Origin: a virus
Lineage: Duplodnaviria > Caudoviricetes
Length of the DNA stretch: 52,064 nucleotides
IMG/VR virus record: IMGVR_UViG_3300021405_000018
Location: 1-52,064 of that record
Strand: one strand, 5' to 3'
Position 1 is the first letter of the stretch, and the number at the start of each line of letters is the position of its first letter. This document shows, one piece after another, positions 1-9,222 of the stretch. The notes under the pieces are model-generated. The model was given only the letters and a program-made list of their open reading frames with translations. It did no database searches and was not told the origin of the DNA. Both the position numbers and the translations under genes were made by a program.

Positions 1-455
1 TCTGGCCGGGAATCAAGGCGTGGTGGGGTCGTACGTACGCGGAGCACCAGGAAGAATGGCCGCACCTCTTCATGCAGGATTCGTCCCACATGAACTACGA
101 GGAAGACGTCCAGGTCATCGGGTTCGGTCTCGCGTCGGTCAAGCCGGAAGGCGCTGGTACGATCTACCAGTCCGAAGTACAAGGCTTCATCACGCGGTAC
201 GTCCACCTCGCGTATAGCCTCGGCTATATCGTGACGCAGGAAGAGCTGGAGGACAACCTCTACGAGAAGGTGAGCAAGCGTCGGGCCGCAAGCCTTGCGT
301 TTAGCTTCCGCCAGACCAAGGAGAACGTTGCAGCGAACATCTACAACAACGCCTTCACCTCGGGTGTGCAGTTCCAGGGTGGTGACGGTGTTAGCCTGCT
401 GAACACGGCGCACCCGAATACCTCGGGCGGCACCTTTAGCAACATGCTCGCAGTT
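1..455. repeat. Terminal redundancy copy A (matches 51610-52064)
   Basis: Direct comparison: same sequence at offset 51609 with 23 mismatches; lies inside the capsid gene, so it is a circularisation overlap. Confidence 0.97.
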
Positions 456-881
456 GGTGCAGACTTGTCGGAGGCCTCGCTGGAAGACCTGATCGTTCAG
501 ATCATGGGTGCTACGGATGACGTAGGCAACCTGATCAACATCATGCCTCAGTCGCTCCTGGTCCCTCGTCAGGAATGGTTCAACGCCAACCGGATCATGA
601 AGTCTGTGTTCCAGTCCGGCACGGCCAATAACGACATCAACGTCATCAAGGCCGAAGGCTCGATCCCTGGTGGCATCCACGTCAACCACTACTTCACGTC
701 CCCTCACGCATGGTTCATCCGCACGAACTGTCCTGACGGAATGAAGATGTATCAGCGTGTCGCCATCACGTTCGAACAGGACAACGACTTCGATACGGGC
801 AATGCCAAGGCCAAGAGCCGCGAGCGTTACTCGTTCCTCTGGACCGACCCGCGTGGTCTCTTCGGGAGCAATGGGCCGTGA
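3..881 (+). CDS. Major capsid protein, C-terminal part (gene starts at 51561; about 309 aa when circularised)
   Basis: Open frame from base 3; motifs GFG..KPEG, RYVH..Y, EELEDNLY, TKE.VAAN..NNAF resemble PaP3/LUZ24-type (Mu gpT-like) capsids; follows the scaffold and cement genes. Confidence 0.9.
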   Translation, partial: WPGIKAWWGRTYAEHQEEWPHLFMQDSSHMNYEEDVQVIGFGLASVKPEGAGTIYQSEVQGFITRYVHLAYSLGYIVTQEELEDNLYEKVSKRRAASLAFSFRQTKENVAANIYNNAFTSGVQFQGGDGVSLLNTAHPNTSGGTFSNMLAVGADLSEASLEDLIVQIMGATDDVGNLINIMPQSLLVPRQEWFNANRIMKSVFQSGTANNDINVIKAEGSIPGGIHVNHYFTSPHAWFIRTNCPDGMKMYQRVAITFEQDNDFDTGNAKAKSRERYSFLWTDPRGLFGSNGP

Positions 882-1006
882 AGAAGAAAGTTCCTGTCAC
901 GAAGGCCAAGGCGATGCACAACAAGGCCAAGCCCCTTAAGGATAAGGTGAAGCCTGCCGGTAAGCCGGTGGGCATCCCCAAGATGCGTAAGGGATACGCC
1001 AAGTAG
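878..1006 (+). CDS. Small Lys-rich protein (42 aa)
   Basis: GTG overlaps the capsid TGA; translates as (V)KKKVPVTKAKAMHNKAKPLKDKVKPAGKPVGIPKMRKGYAK; below the ORF-track cutoff. Confidence 0.55.
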   Translation: MKKKVPVTKAKAMHNKAKPLKDKVKPAGKPVGIPKMRKGYAK

Positions 1007-1015
1007 GAGAAGGTC

Positions 1016-1189
1016 ATGCCACTGAAGAAAGGGAAATCGAAGAAGACCATCTCATCGAACATCTCTGAGTTCCACAAGGGCAAGACCTTCGCCCACACTG
1101 CGAAGAAGTTTGGCAAGGCCACTGCGAATAAACAAGCGGTGGCCGTTGCTTTATCTACTGCCCGAAAATCTAAAGGGAGAGGACGATGA
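1016..1189 (+). CDS. Small basic protein (57 aa)
   Basis: RBS AGGAG; MPLKKGKSKKTISSNISEF...KQAVAVALSTARK resembles a recurrent small phage protein family. Confidence 0.75.
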   Translation: MPLKKGKSKKTISSNISEFHKGKTFAHTAKKFGKATANKQAVAVALSTARKSKGRGR

Positions 1190-1389
1190 GCGGCAATAGT
1201 CACAAGATGGATGCAATCGGTAGTCCTAACTCTGAACCGTTCAGGATGAAGATGCAGAAGAAGGGCTTCACCGTACCCCCGGCTGATGTCCCACGTCCCA
1301 TGACGGCTAACCCCGTCAAGAATGTTGCACCAGGGCTTGGCGCGAAAACACTATCGCACCCGTTCAAGGCTGGTAAGTCCCACATTTAA
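1186..1389 (+). CDS. Small basic hypothetical protein
   Basis: ATGA coupling, RBS GGAG, fills the late operon. Confidence 0.65.
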   Translation: MSGNSHKMDAIGSPNSEPFRMKMQKKGFTVPPADVPRPMTANPVKNVAPGLGAKTLSHPFKAGKSHI

Positions 1390-1398
1390 GGAGCCATC

Positions 1399-2178
1399 AT
1401 GGCTATCGTAGCATCTCAACCTCCAATCCGTACTCCCTCGGGCGGTACGACCGATCAGGTATTCCAGCCGCTTGCGGACTGTGGGAACGGCAATCCTGCC
1501 TTCTACCACCAGTTCTTCGATGAGTTCGATCAGGCCTTCTCCTTCACGACAGGTAACACCTACACCATTACGGGTACAGGTAGCTTTGCCGCTACCTCTG
1601 GTGACGGTGGGCTAGGCCTATTCACAACCACGGGTGTATCGAGTGCGGTCGAGACTATTCAGGTAGTCACGCCCTCCTTCACCGTAAACTCGCAGCCTAA
1701 GAAGGTGTTCTTCGAGACTCGTATTACTACGGCCTCGGCACCGGCTACGACCAACATCCTCGCCGGTCTGATTAGCGCGAACACAACCCCCTTCACAGCT
1801 ATCGTGGATGGTGTGTACTTCTCGTGGGTTGGTGGTACTGGCCTCACGATCAACAGTATGCATACGAGTGTCCTCACTTCAGTGACGATCCCTGCGGCGG
1901 CATATACCTTCACGGCGGCTGGGCAGCAGCTTGACCTCGCGTTCTACATTACCCGCCTAGGGGATGTGTTGGCGTACGTGGACAACCAGCTCGTGGGCTT
2001 CGTACCACAGTCGAACATCGGTACAACGAATGGTCCACAGAATGCTGGTGCAGTAGCTCGTATTACTGCGCCCTCCCTACCGACTGCTGTGCTATCTCCT
2101 ACCCTAGGCGTACAGACTTCTAGTGCCGCTATCAAGACGGTGACGTTCGACTTCCTGAACGCACAGAAGGAGCGTTAA
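1399..2178 (+). CDS. Putative virion structural protein
   Basis: RBS AAGGAG; Thr/Gly-rich, beta-type composition; structural operon. Confidence 0.6.
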   Translation: MAIVASQPPIRTPSGGTTDQVFQPLADCGNGNPAFYHQFFDEFDQAFSFTTGNTYTITGTGSFAATSGDGGLGLFTTTGVSSAVETIQVVTPSFTVNSQPKKVFFETRITTASAPATTNILAGLISANTTPFTAIVDGVYFSWVGGTGLTINSMHTSVLTSVTIPAAAYTFTAAGQQLDLAFYITRLGDVLAYVDNQLVGFVPQSNIGTTNGPQNAGAVARITAPSLPTAVLSPTLGVQTSSAAIKTVTFDFLNAQKER

Positions 2179-2179
2179 G

Positions 2180-2629
2180 ATGCCATTCGCCGTCGCTACA
2201 CAAATCCTGGATGACGGCCCCCGCAATACGGTAGCCAAGACGACAGGGGACTTCTCGATGGCAACGCTGCCTACGGCAGTGACCATCCTGGACCCCTCTC
2301 TTCTTACCAGTATGAACCCCGGAATGTCGGGGTCCTTTCTGGCTACCCTACTGCGGCTCGATCATATTGACTACTCCATCTCTGACGGCATTACAGTCCA
2401 GCTCTACTGGGACGCAACTACCCCAGTAGCAATTGCTGAACTATATGGCCGGGGCAAGATCGAGGCGGCAATGTGGGGCGGCTTCCAGAACAATGCTGGT
2501 GCTGGTGTAACCGGGAAGATCATCATGACCGTCATCCTGGCTGACCAGACCGTAACCACCCCCGTGGGGTCGATCTTCCTTGTCCTCAAGACGGTCAAGT
2601 TCCGCCCGATTAGTGCTGGAGGTGCGTGA
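2180..2629 (+). CDS. Putative virion protein
   Basis: RBS AAGGAG; operon context. Confidence 0.6.
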   Translation: MPFAVATQILDDGPRNTVAKTTGDFSMATLPTAVTILDPSLLTSMNPGMSGSFLATLLRLDHIDYSISDGITVQLYWDATTPVAIAELYGRGKIEAAMWGGFQNNAGAGVTGKIIMTVILADQTVTTPVGSIFLVLKTVKFRPISAGGA

Positions 2630-2805
2630 TGTCCAAGGCAAAGCCTCAAGTCGCCCAATTCCATATGGCTGGCGACAAGGTCCTATGGAAGGGCATCCTG
2701 CTCACCGTACTTCGTGTGCGTGAAGACGGCTACATCGAGTGCTGGTCTCCCACCATGCACGTAACCGTTGACACGCATGCCCAGCTTGAGAAGGCTAACA
2801 AGTGA
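2629..2805 (+). CDS. Hypothetical protein (58 aa)
   Basis: TGATG coupling, RBS GGAGG; MSKAKPQVAQFHMAGDKVLWKG...; exactly fills the gap. Confidence 0.6.
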   Translation: MSKAKPQVAQFHMAGDKVLWKGILLTVLRVREDGYIECWSPTMHVTVDTHAQLEKANK

Positions 2806-3125
2806 CTATCAACCTGCTGGCTCAGTACGGTTTTGCTACTCCTACTTCGAGTGGGAATACTACTATCGTCGCCGCTGTTGCAGGCTATAGGATTATCGTA
2901 TCCCAGGTGTGTGTAATAACAAGCGCCACCAACAGTGTCAAGTTCCAGTCCAACGGGACCTCTGACATCAGCGCTCTTATGCCCCTTGCCGCCAATGGTG
3001 GCTTTGTCCTGCCCTACTCTGACCTTGGGTGGATGCAGACGAACATCAGCGAGTCGCTAACCTTCAATATGTCTACCGGGACTTCCACAGGTGTCCAGGT
3101 CGTTTACGCTCTATCAAGCAATTAG
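2802..3125 (+). CDS. Putative virion protein
   Basis: GTGA coupling; beta-rich small protein. Confidence 0.55.
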   Translation: MTINLLAQYGFATPTSSGNTTIVAAVAGYRIIVSQVCVITSATNSVKFQSNGTSDISALMPLAANGGFVLPYSDLGWMQTNISESLTFNMSTGTSTGVQVVYALSSN

Positions 3126-3134
3126 GAGCCTGTC

Positions 3135-3602
3135 ATGTCCCTCTATACAGTATCTCAGCTGAACTTCTCGGTCTCTAGCACCGCGAATGATATCTTCACT
3201 ATTGTCCCTACGGCGAGCCGTATCATCCAGTTGATTGAGTTCTCCGTCTCTGGCATGGCTACTGCCTCGTCAGCGTCTTGTATCAACATCTATGCGATCA
3301 CTACAGCAGGGACTACTGGTACTAGCCCACTGACGCCGCAGCCGTTGAACCCTGCTTATGCGCCAGCATCAACAGTGACGGTTAGTACGGCATGGACCGG
3401 GCAGCCTACCATCGGTACGCAGCCGCTTGTGCCGCTCGCAGTCAACGGCAACGGTGGCGTCTATCGTTGGGTCGCAAGGCCTGATGAGGTAGTACTGGCT
3501 ATTGGTGGTGTAGCTGCTGCCCTTGGCTGGTCCGTCCGCGCCTCAACCGCTCCGACGCAGCCCTACACCATCTCCTGCACGTGGTCCGAGAACCCGTTCT
3601 AA
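3135..3602 (+). CDS. Putative virion protein
   Basis: RBS AGGAG; Thr/Ser/Ala-rich. Confidence 0.6.
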   Translation: MSLYTVSQLNFSVSSTANDIFTIVPTASRIIQLIEFSVSGMATASSASCINIYAITTAGTTGTSPLTPQPLNPAYAPASTVTVSTAWTGQPTIGTQPLVPLAVNGNGGVYRWVARPDEVVLAIGGVAAALGWSVRASTAPTQPYTISCTWSENPF

Positions 3603-3617
3603 CCCGAGCGTGCCATC

Positions 3618-4841
3618 ATGACTGTCGTCATCCTGACGAGTGGCACCTCGTACAATATCCCTGGCGACTGGACCAATACTAACCAGATCGAGACGACTGG
3701 TGGTGGTGGTGCGGGCGGCGGTGGCGCAGGTTCTGCTGGCGGTGGTGGTGGCGGTGGTGGCTACGCAACGGTAAGCAACCAGACAGGGCTTTCAGGTAGC
3801 CAAACAATTGCTATTGGTGCGGCAGGGGCACCTGACCTTGTTAGTTTTACTAATGGGGGTCCTGGCGGCAATACCAGTTTCGGCGCGACTCCTCTTGTAG
3901 CAGCTTCCGGTGGTGGTGGTGGCGCAGACAATGGTGGTGCTGGTGGGAGCGGCGGTACTGCTACTACTGGAACAGGTTCAACTGGTGGTACAGGAGGCAG
4001 TGGGGCTAATATCTTCACTGGTGGCGGCGGTGGTGGGGCGGCAGGCCCATCAGGCGCTGGTAATAACGGTACTACTGGATCAGGTGGTAATGGCGGTCTT
4101 GGGGGCAGTGGTGGTTCCGGTGATAATGGTAGCGGTGGTTCTGGTGCTACTGGTACAACAGGGGCAGGGGCTAACGGTACCGCCAACGCTAATGGTGCGG
4201 GCGGCGCAGCCGGTGGTGCTGGTTCAACTAATGCAGGCGGCAATGGTGCTATAGCCGGTAGTGGTGGTGGTGGTGGTGCAAGCGGGATGGAAGGTTTTGG
4301 TGGCTCTGGGGGTGGTGGACAGATCAGGATCACCTACACGCCTGCGGCAGGCGGTGTCACACCCACATGGACGACGATGCCTGAGGGTCGTGTACGCTGG
4401 GCTCGTGATCCCTGGGGCATGTTCGACTACCTCGGGTGGCAGCGGGGACCCCGTCCTATCGACAGGCAACCTGCGATGCAGCAGGGCATGTTCGACGTGC
4501 CCAGGGGTAAGTACAACTGGGCGTTCTATCAGGACTCCCGTAATACCCCGAGGGTGCCGAACTACAACTTCATCATCCCGATCCCGCCGTGGGCCGAGGT
4601 GCCGAAGGGGCCGTGGAACCCTGCCTACTACCAGTCGTGGCAGCGGGGGCCTACGCCTGCGAACGTTTTCCCGCCGATCCCATCGAGTATGTTTACGACC
4701 CTTCCGCCGAGGGGGCCGATTGATGTCCGCTATATGGTCTACTACCAGGGCGCTCAGGCTTCCCCAGCACCATCGACGGTTGCGCCCCCGCTCCACATAA
4801 CGCGCCTGCCCCTGCTAGGAGTTGGCGAGAACGGCCCCTGA
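3618..4841 (+). CDS. Glycine-rich fibre-like protein with Pro/Trp-rich repetitive C-terminus
   Basis: GGGGAGG...GGGGY and GGSGGGGQIRITY motifs typical of phage Gly-rich domains. Confidence 0.7.
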   Translation: MTVVILTSGTSYNIPGDWTNTNQIETTGGGGAGGGGAGSAGGGGGGGGYATVSNQTGLSGSQTIAIGAAGAPDLVSFTNGGPGGNTSFGATPLVAASGGGGGADNGGAGGSGGTATTGTGSTGGTGGSGANIFTGGGGGGAAGPSGAGNNGTTGSGGNGGLGGSGGSGDNGSGGSGATGTTGAGANGTANANGAGGAAGGAGSTNAGGNGAIAGSGGGGGASGMEGFGGSGGGGQIRITYTPAAGGVTPTWTTMPEGRVRWARDPWGMFDYLGWQRGPRPIDRQPAMQQGMFDVPRGKYNWAFYQDSRNTPRVPNYNFIIPIPPWAEVPKGPWNPAYYQSWQRGPTPANVFPPIPSSMFTTLPPRGPIDVRYMVYYQGAQASPAPSTVAPPLHITRLPLLGVGENGP

Positions 4842-4909
4842 TGTGGTATGATCGGCGCTGAGTGTAAGCCTGCTCCGCAATGGAGCACCCTCCTGTCCGC
4901 GAGGCTTGC

Positions 4910-5143
4910 ATGTTCACATACCTCCGTATCTACCTTACCAACTGGCTCATCTGGCTCGATGAAGGCCTGAACACGCTTCGAGGCGGCGATCCCGGCCAGA
5001 GCCTGTCGGTCGCTGCGGGCATTGCCCAAACTCAGGGCAAGCGGTGGGGCTGCGTCCTCTGCCGATTCCTGTCCTGGTTTCAGGCCAACCACTGCGCCAA
5101 GGCGGTAGCCAACGAAGGCAAGCACAGCTTGTGGGGAGACTGA
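4910..5143 (+). CDS. Small conserved-type phage protein
   Basis: LDEGLNTLRGGDP...S...WGCVLCRFL...HC pattern recurrent next to phage tail genes; GAGG RBS before 4910. Confidence 0.65.
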   Translation: MFTYLRIYLTNWLIWLDEGLNTLRGGDPGQSLSVAAGIAQTQGKRWGCVLCRFLSWFQANHCAKAVANEGKHSLWGD

Positions 5144-5144
5144 T

Positions 5145-5627
5145 ATGGGCGCTCGTGACTACTACAAGAAGGGTGACTGGAACGCTATCTGCTATGTCTG
5201 CGGCTTCAAGCGCAAGGCCTCGGAGATGAAGCTCCGGTGGGATGGCGTCTATGTGTGCCACGAGGACTGGGAGATTCGCCAGCCACAGGACTTCGTGCGG
5301 GGCATCCCCGACGAGCAGCCACTGCCGTGGACGCAGCCCGAGAGTGTGCCTGACGCCTTCAGCGGCCCCATCGTCTATCCCTCGACCAACGTTGTCGTCG
5401 GCAATCCCACGATCTTCGTCAACTCGACCCCTCAGGTATTAGGGGTCAATTACACGATCGCTCTTCCTATCGGCAGTGTGACCTTCATCACCACCTACGC
5501 CCCCGGCTCCGTAATCTCCTGGTCCGGTCAGTGGCTCGATAATGCAGGCCGCACCACTACCTACACCAACGCTTTCCTGTACCTGTGGGCTGACCTCCAG
5601 AGTACCTATCAAATCTACGGGACCTGA
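5145..5627 (+). CDS. Protein with N-terminal Zn-finger-like motif
   Basis: AICYVCGFK...WDG..VC..DWE.RQPQDFVRG; precedes the head-tail adaptor. Confidence 0.7.
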   Translation: MGARDYYKKGDWNAICYVCGFKRKASEMKLRWDGVYVCHEDWEIRQPQDFVRGIPDEQPLPWTQPESVPDAFSGPIVYPSTNVVVGNPTIFVNSTPQVLGVNYTIALPIGSVTFITTYAPGSVISWSGQWLDNAGRTTTYTNAFLYLWADLQSTYQIYGT

Positions 5628-5629
5628 TC

Positions 5630-6361
5630 ATGCCAGTCACTACCACCTTCAGTGTGCAGGCCAACGACATCATGAACCGGGCGCTCCGGCTCTGTGGGAC
5701 GTTCGACGCAACGAACCCACCGGGCTCACAGGACTACGCCAACGTTCAACTAGCCTTCAATATGATGATCAAGGCCTGGATTCGCAAGGGCCTTCCCATG
5801 TGGAAGATTGTTTACAATCAGGTACCTCTACTGACGACACAGAGCCTGTACAACATTGGCCCCTATGCCACTGGTACGGGCTCAGTAGTGTGCCCCAAAA
5901 TCCTCAAGGTGACGTATGCCTTCATCAGAGACGCAAACAACTTCGACACGCCAATCGACCCCCTCTCCATCCAGGAATATAACCAGTATGGAAGCAAAGG
6001 GAGCCTTGGCGTGGTCAATAGTTACTGGTATCAACCTCTTGCTGATAGCACTATTACTGGTGTGAGCAGCTTCATCCAGTTCTACCCGACACCCAGTGAC
6101 AACACGCGGACGATCTTCCTGGTCTGCCTCTCCACCCTGGATGACATCAACCTTGGCACCGACCCGGTAGACTTCCCGCAGGAATGCTACATGGCCCTGT
6201 CATGGTGTCTAGCCAACGAGATATCGATGGAGTATGCGACATCGATGGACCGCGTCGCTGAGATTAAGTCCCGCTCGATGGTCCTATACGAAGAGATGGT
6301 GGACTGGTCGCAGGAGAACACCGACTCGATCCGCTTCATGTACGACACACGGAGCCGGTAA
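5630..6361 (+). CDS. Head-tail adaptor / tail tubular protein (P22 gp4-like position)
   Basis: DIMNRALRLCG...AFNMMIKAW start and FPQECYMALSWCLA.E end; position before the nozzle gene. Confidence 0.7.
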   Translation: MPVTTTFSVQANDIMNRALRLCGTFDATNPPGSQDYANVQLAFNMMIKAWIRKGLPMWKIVYNQVPLLTTQSLYNIGPYATGTGSVVCPKILKVTYAFIRDANNFDTPIDPLSIQEYNQYGSKGSLGVVNSYWYQPLADSTITGVSSFIQFYPTPSDNTRTIFLVCLSTLDDINLGTDPVDFPQECYMALSWCLANEISMEYATSMDRVAEIKSRSMVLYEEMVDWSQENTDSIRFMYDTRSR

Positions 6362-9222
6362 TGGCCGACGCTAAGCCTATTCGTATCCCCCTCATTGAGC
6401 CGCTAGAGACCCGGGATACGACCACCCTCTACGATGCGAAGGGTGTCAACACCGTAACGGACAAGACACCCCGAGGCATGCTGATGGCCCGTAAGCGGCC
6501 AGGGCTGGTGTTTGCCTCGCAGGGTGTGGTAGGTACTGGTCAGGGCATCACCAACTACCAGAACCACCTCTACTCCATCAGTGGGGATTACCTCAACGTC
6601 CTCAGTGGGACGAGTGCGTCGCTGACGGCCCTCCTCTCAACGAACTCGGCGGCCTTCGGCGACCGGGTCGGTCCCATGACGGTGGGCTTCAATGGCTACC
6701 TCTATGTCATGGGCGGCACCACTAGCGGCGGCACTGCCCTCAATGATGTGTGGAGGAGTGCGGACGGCATCAACTGGGGGGAGATTACTACTAGTGCGCC
6801 GTGGGCTGCACGCTCCAAGGGGCAGGCACTGGTGTTCAACAACAAGCTCTACATCATGGGCGGTGCTGCTAGTGCGACGGGCACTCACTATGGGGATGTG
6901 TGGAGTACTTCCGATGGCATTAACTGGACACAGCTTAATGCTGCTGCGTGGCCGGGGCGTCGGCGCTTTGGTGCAACCGTAGCCAACAACCTCATGTGGA
7001 TTGCAGGAGGGGCTGGCCCAACAGACACGCTGAGCCCCGATGGTCTCTACCCCAACACAAAGTACAACGATGTCTGGTACAGCAGCAACGGGTCTGCGTG
7101 GACGCAAGCCACCGGCCTGATGGGTGCCCCGTGGATTGCACGGAGCGACTTCGCATTCTATGGCGTAGGCACATCCCTCTATGTCTGCGGAGGCCTTCTG
7201 ATTGATGCCTTCTCCAATGCAACCTCAGACCTATGGACTGACAACGGAACTGGAGGCACAACATGGTCTCTCGTAAGCGCAAACCCCTTTGGAGTAGCCT
7301 CGTCGGGACTATGGCCAATCGCCGCATTCGATTCCGCCGGTCAAGGCTTCTCGATACCGAGTGCATCGATTACGCTGACTGGTGGCAATGGTTCTGGTGC
7401 TGCGGCCTTCGGCTTTGTAGACGTAGATGATGACCCTGACACTGACTTCGAAGGTGGGCAGTATGTTGAGGTGACCTTCAGTAATGTGGGATCAGGTTAT
7501 ACGATCCCACCGACGATCAGCTTCAATACGACCAACGAGGGCTTCAATGTAGCCGCCTATGCGATGCTCAACGGCACGTCCAACGGTGGCTCGAAGGCCA
7601 TGCGTGTCGCCGTCCTCAACGGGATAACGTACGTGCTGGAGGTCGAAGCAACCGGCACCTATGACCACGTCCTCTGGTCCACAACCAACGGCACCACGTT
7701 CACGAACACGAACACGAACTTCTCCGCAGGCTGGACGCCTCGCGACGGGGAGTTCTTCGCCTATGGCAACCTCTGGTTCACTAGCGGCCTGGACGGCAGC
7801 AACATCTACTACAACGATGTGTGGCACATCACCATCGGTGGGGGATCGTTCGCCCTCAACCCAACCGTACCTAACCTGTTCTACCACTTCAATCAGACCT
7901 CCTCGACAGTAACGAGCCCCTTGCTAGTCTTCAAGTCCACTGCGGACCTGTATGACTTCAATGCCAATCTCTCACTGTTGACGAAGCTGACTACGGTTGC
8001 TAACTACCCTACTACTACGGTGCCAGGACTGGTCGTGCTGGACACCTACTTCTTCGTCATGGACCCGCAAGGGCGCATCTGGAATTCGAACATCAACGAC
8101 CCTACAACGTGGGTCGCTACGCAGGTTATCTCGATGGAGAACGAGCCGAACGGCGGGGTGGCAATTGCCAAGCTCGGGCCGTTCGTTGTGGCCTTCGGAC
8201 AATGGACTACGGAGTTCTTCTACGACAACGGGATTGCGCCCCCGGCGAGTCCGCTCGCCCCTGAATCATCCCTGCCGTTCGACGTAGGTTGCGTCAATGG
8301 GGAAAGCGTGCGTGAGATGCAAGGCAACATCATCTGGATCGGTACGACCAAGATCGAAGGTCAGGGCGTCTACATGTTCCAGAACTACACCCCCGTCAGG
8401 ATCAGTACACCCTTTGTCGATCGTATCTTGCAGGCTGACCCCCTCACTAACATCTCGGCCCTCAACCTGGATGCTTCAGGCTACTCGATCTACATCCTGA
8501 CGCTCCACACCTCCAACATCACACTGGTGTATAACTTCGCCAATCAGGTATGGGACGTATGGACTAGTACGACAGCCAACCAGACTGTCGCCATCCAGGG
8601 TCTGACGAGCGACCCCTATGGGCTGGTGACGGCTAGTGCAACAGGACATGGCCTCTCCGATGGCGACCCTGTACTGGTTGCGGGCGCATCTAATGCTGGG
8701 TATAACGGCTTCCAGAATGCACAGGTCGTAAGCCCGAATGTGTTCCAGTACGTGCTGACGGCGAACCCCGGCACCAATGCCGGTACGGCGACGCTGACGA
8801 ACTACACGGAGAACTGCTTTAGCCCGATTGCCTCGGCACAAATCCTGGATATCGACTACCTGCAAGACCCCACGAATGGGCAAATCTATACGCAGGGCAT
8901 CCTGAACTACAACGACCTGGGCAACCCGATCAATGTGCGGCTGGTGACCGAACGGTGGGATGGTGACACGAGCGAGTGGAAGTTGTGCAGGCGCATCTCC
9001 CTGCTAGGAGACATCGTACAGTCGAACTGCATGATCGCCTACACCGACAACGATTACCAGTCCTACTCCGCGTTCCGCACGATGGCCCTAAACGATGGTC
9101 AGCGGGCTACGGTGGCGGGCGCAGGACGCTTTAGGCGCAGGGCATTCCAGATTCGCCACACCGCATTCACACCCTTCAGGGCAGCGTTCCTGGAGCTGGA
9201 AGTAGTTAAAGGAGGTTTCTGA
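6361..9222 (+). CDS. Tail nozzle / packaged-DNA stabilisation protein (P22 gp10-like) with Kelch-like insertion
   Basis: KRPGL N-terminus, LDTYFFV, IWNSNINDPTTW, AFGQWTTEFFYD, GC, TLVYNF, GRFRRRAF C-terminus; repeated LYVMGG...NDVW.S.DG..W units. Confidence 0.8.
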   Translation: MADAKPIRIPLIEPLETRDTTTLYDAKGVNTVTDKTPRGMLMARKRPGLVFASQGVVGTGQGITNYQNHLYSISGDYLNVLSGTSASLTALLSTNSAAFGDRVGPMTVGFNGYLYVMGGTTSGGTALNDVWRSADGINWGEITTSAPWAARSKGQALVFNNKLYIMGGAASATGTHYGDVWSTSDGINWTQLNAAAWPGRRRFGATVANNLMWIAGGAGPTDTLSPDGLYPNTKYNDVWYSSNGSAWTQATGLMGAPWIARSDFAFYGVGTSLYVCGGLLIDAFSNATSDLWTDNGTGGTTWSLVSANPFGVASSGLWPIAAFDSAGQGFSIPSASITLTGGNGSGAAAFGFVDVDDDPDTDFEGGQYVEVTFSNVGSGYTIPPTISFNTTNEGFNVAAYAMLNGTSNGGSKAMRVAVLNGITYVLEVEATGTYDHVLWSTTNGTTFTNTNTNFSAGWTPRDGEFFAYGNLWFTSGLDGSNIYYNDVWHITIGGGSFALNPTVPNLFYHFNQTSSTVTSPLLVFKSTADLYDFNANLSLLTKLTTVANYPTTTVPGLVVLDTYFFVMDPQGRIWNSNINDPTTWVATQVISMENEPNGGVAIAKLGPFVVAFGQWTTEFFYDNGIAPPASPLAPESSLPFDVGCVNGESVREMQGNIIWIGTTKIEGQGVYMFQNYTPVRISTPFVDRILQADPLTNISALNLDASGYSIYILTLHTSNITLVYNFANQVWDVWTSTTANQTVAIQGLTSDPYGLVTASATGHGLSDGDPVLVAGASNAGYNGFQNAQVVSPNVFQYVLTANPGTNAGTATLTNYTENCFSPIASAQILDIDYLQDPTNGQIYTQGILNYNDLGNPINVRLVTERWDGDTSEWKLCRRISLLGDIVQSNCMIAYTDNDYQSYSAFRTMALNDGQRATVAGAGRFRRRAFQIRHTAFTPFRAAFLELEVVKGGF

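Noticed and set aside
1-455. Physical direct terminal repeat of the virion DNA
   Set aside because: Falls inside the capsid gene and the copies differ; best explained as an assembly overlap
4822-4852. Late promoter TGGTATGAT
   Set aside because: Extended -10 is plausible, but -35 spacing is poor and there is no second copy to define a consensus
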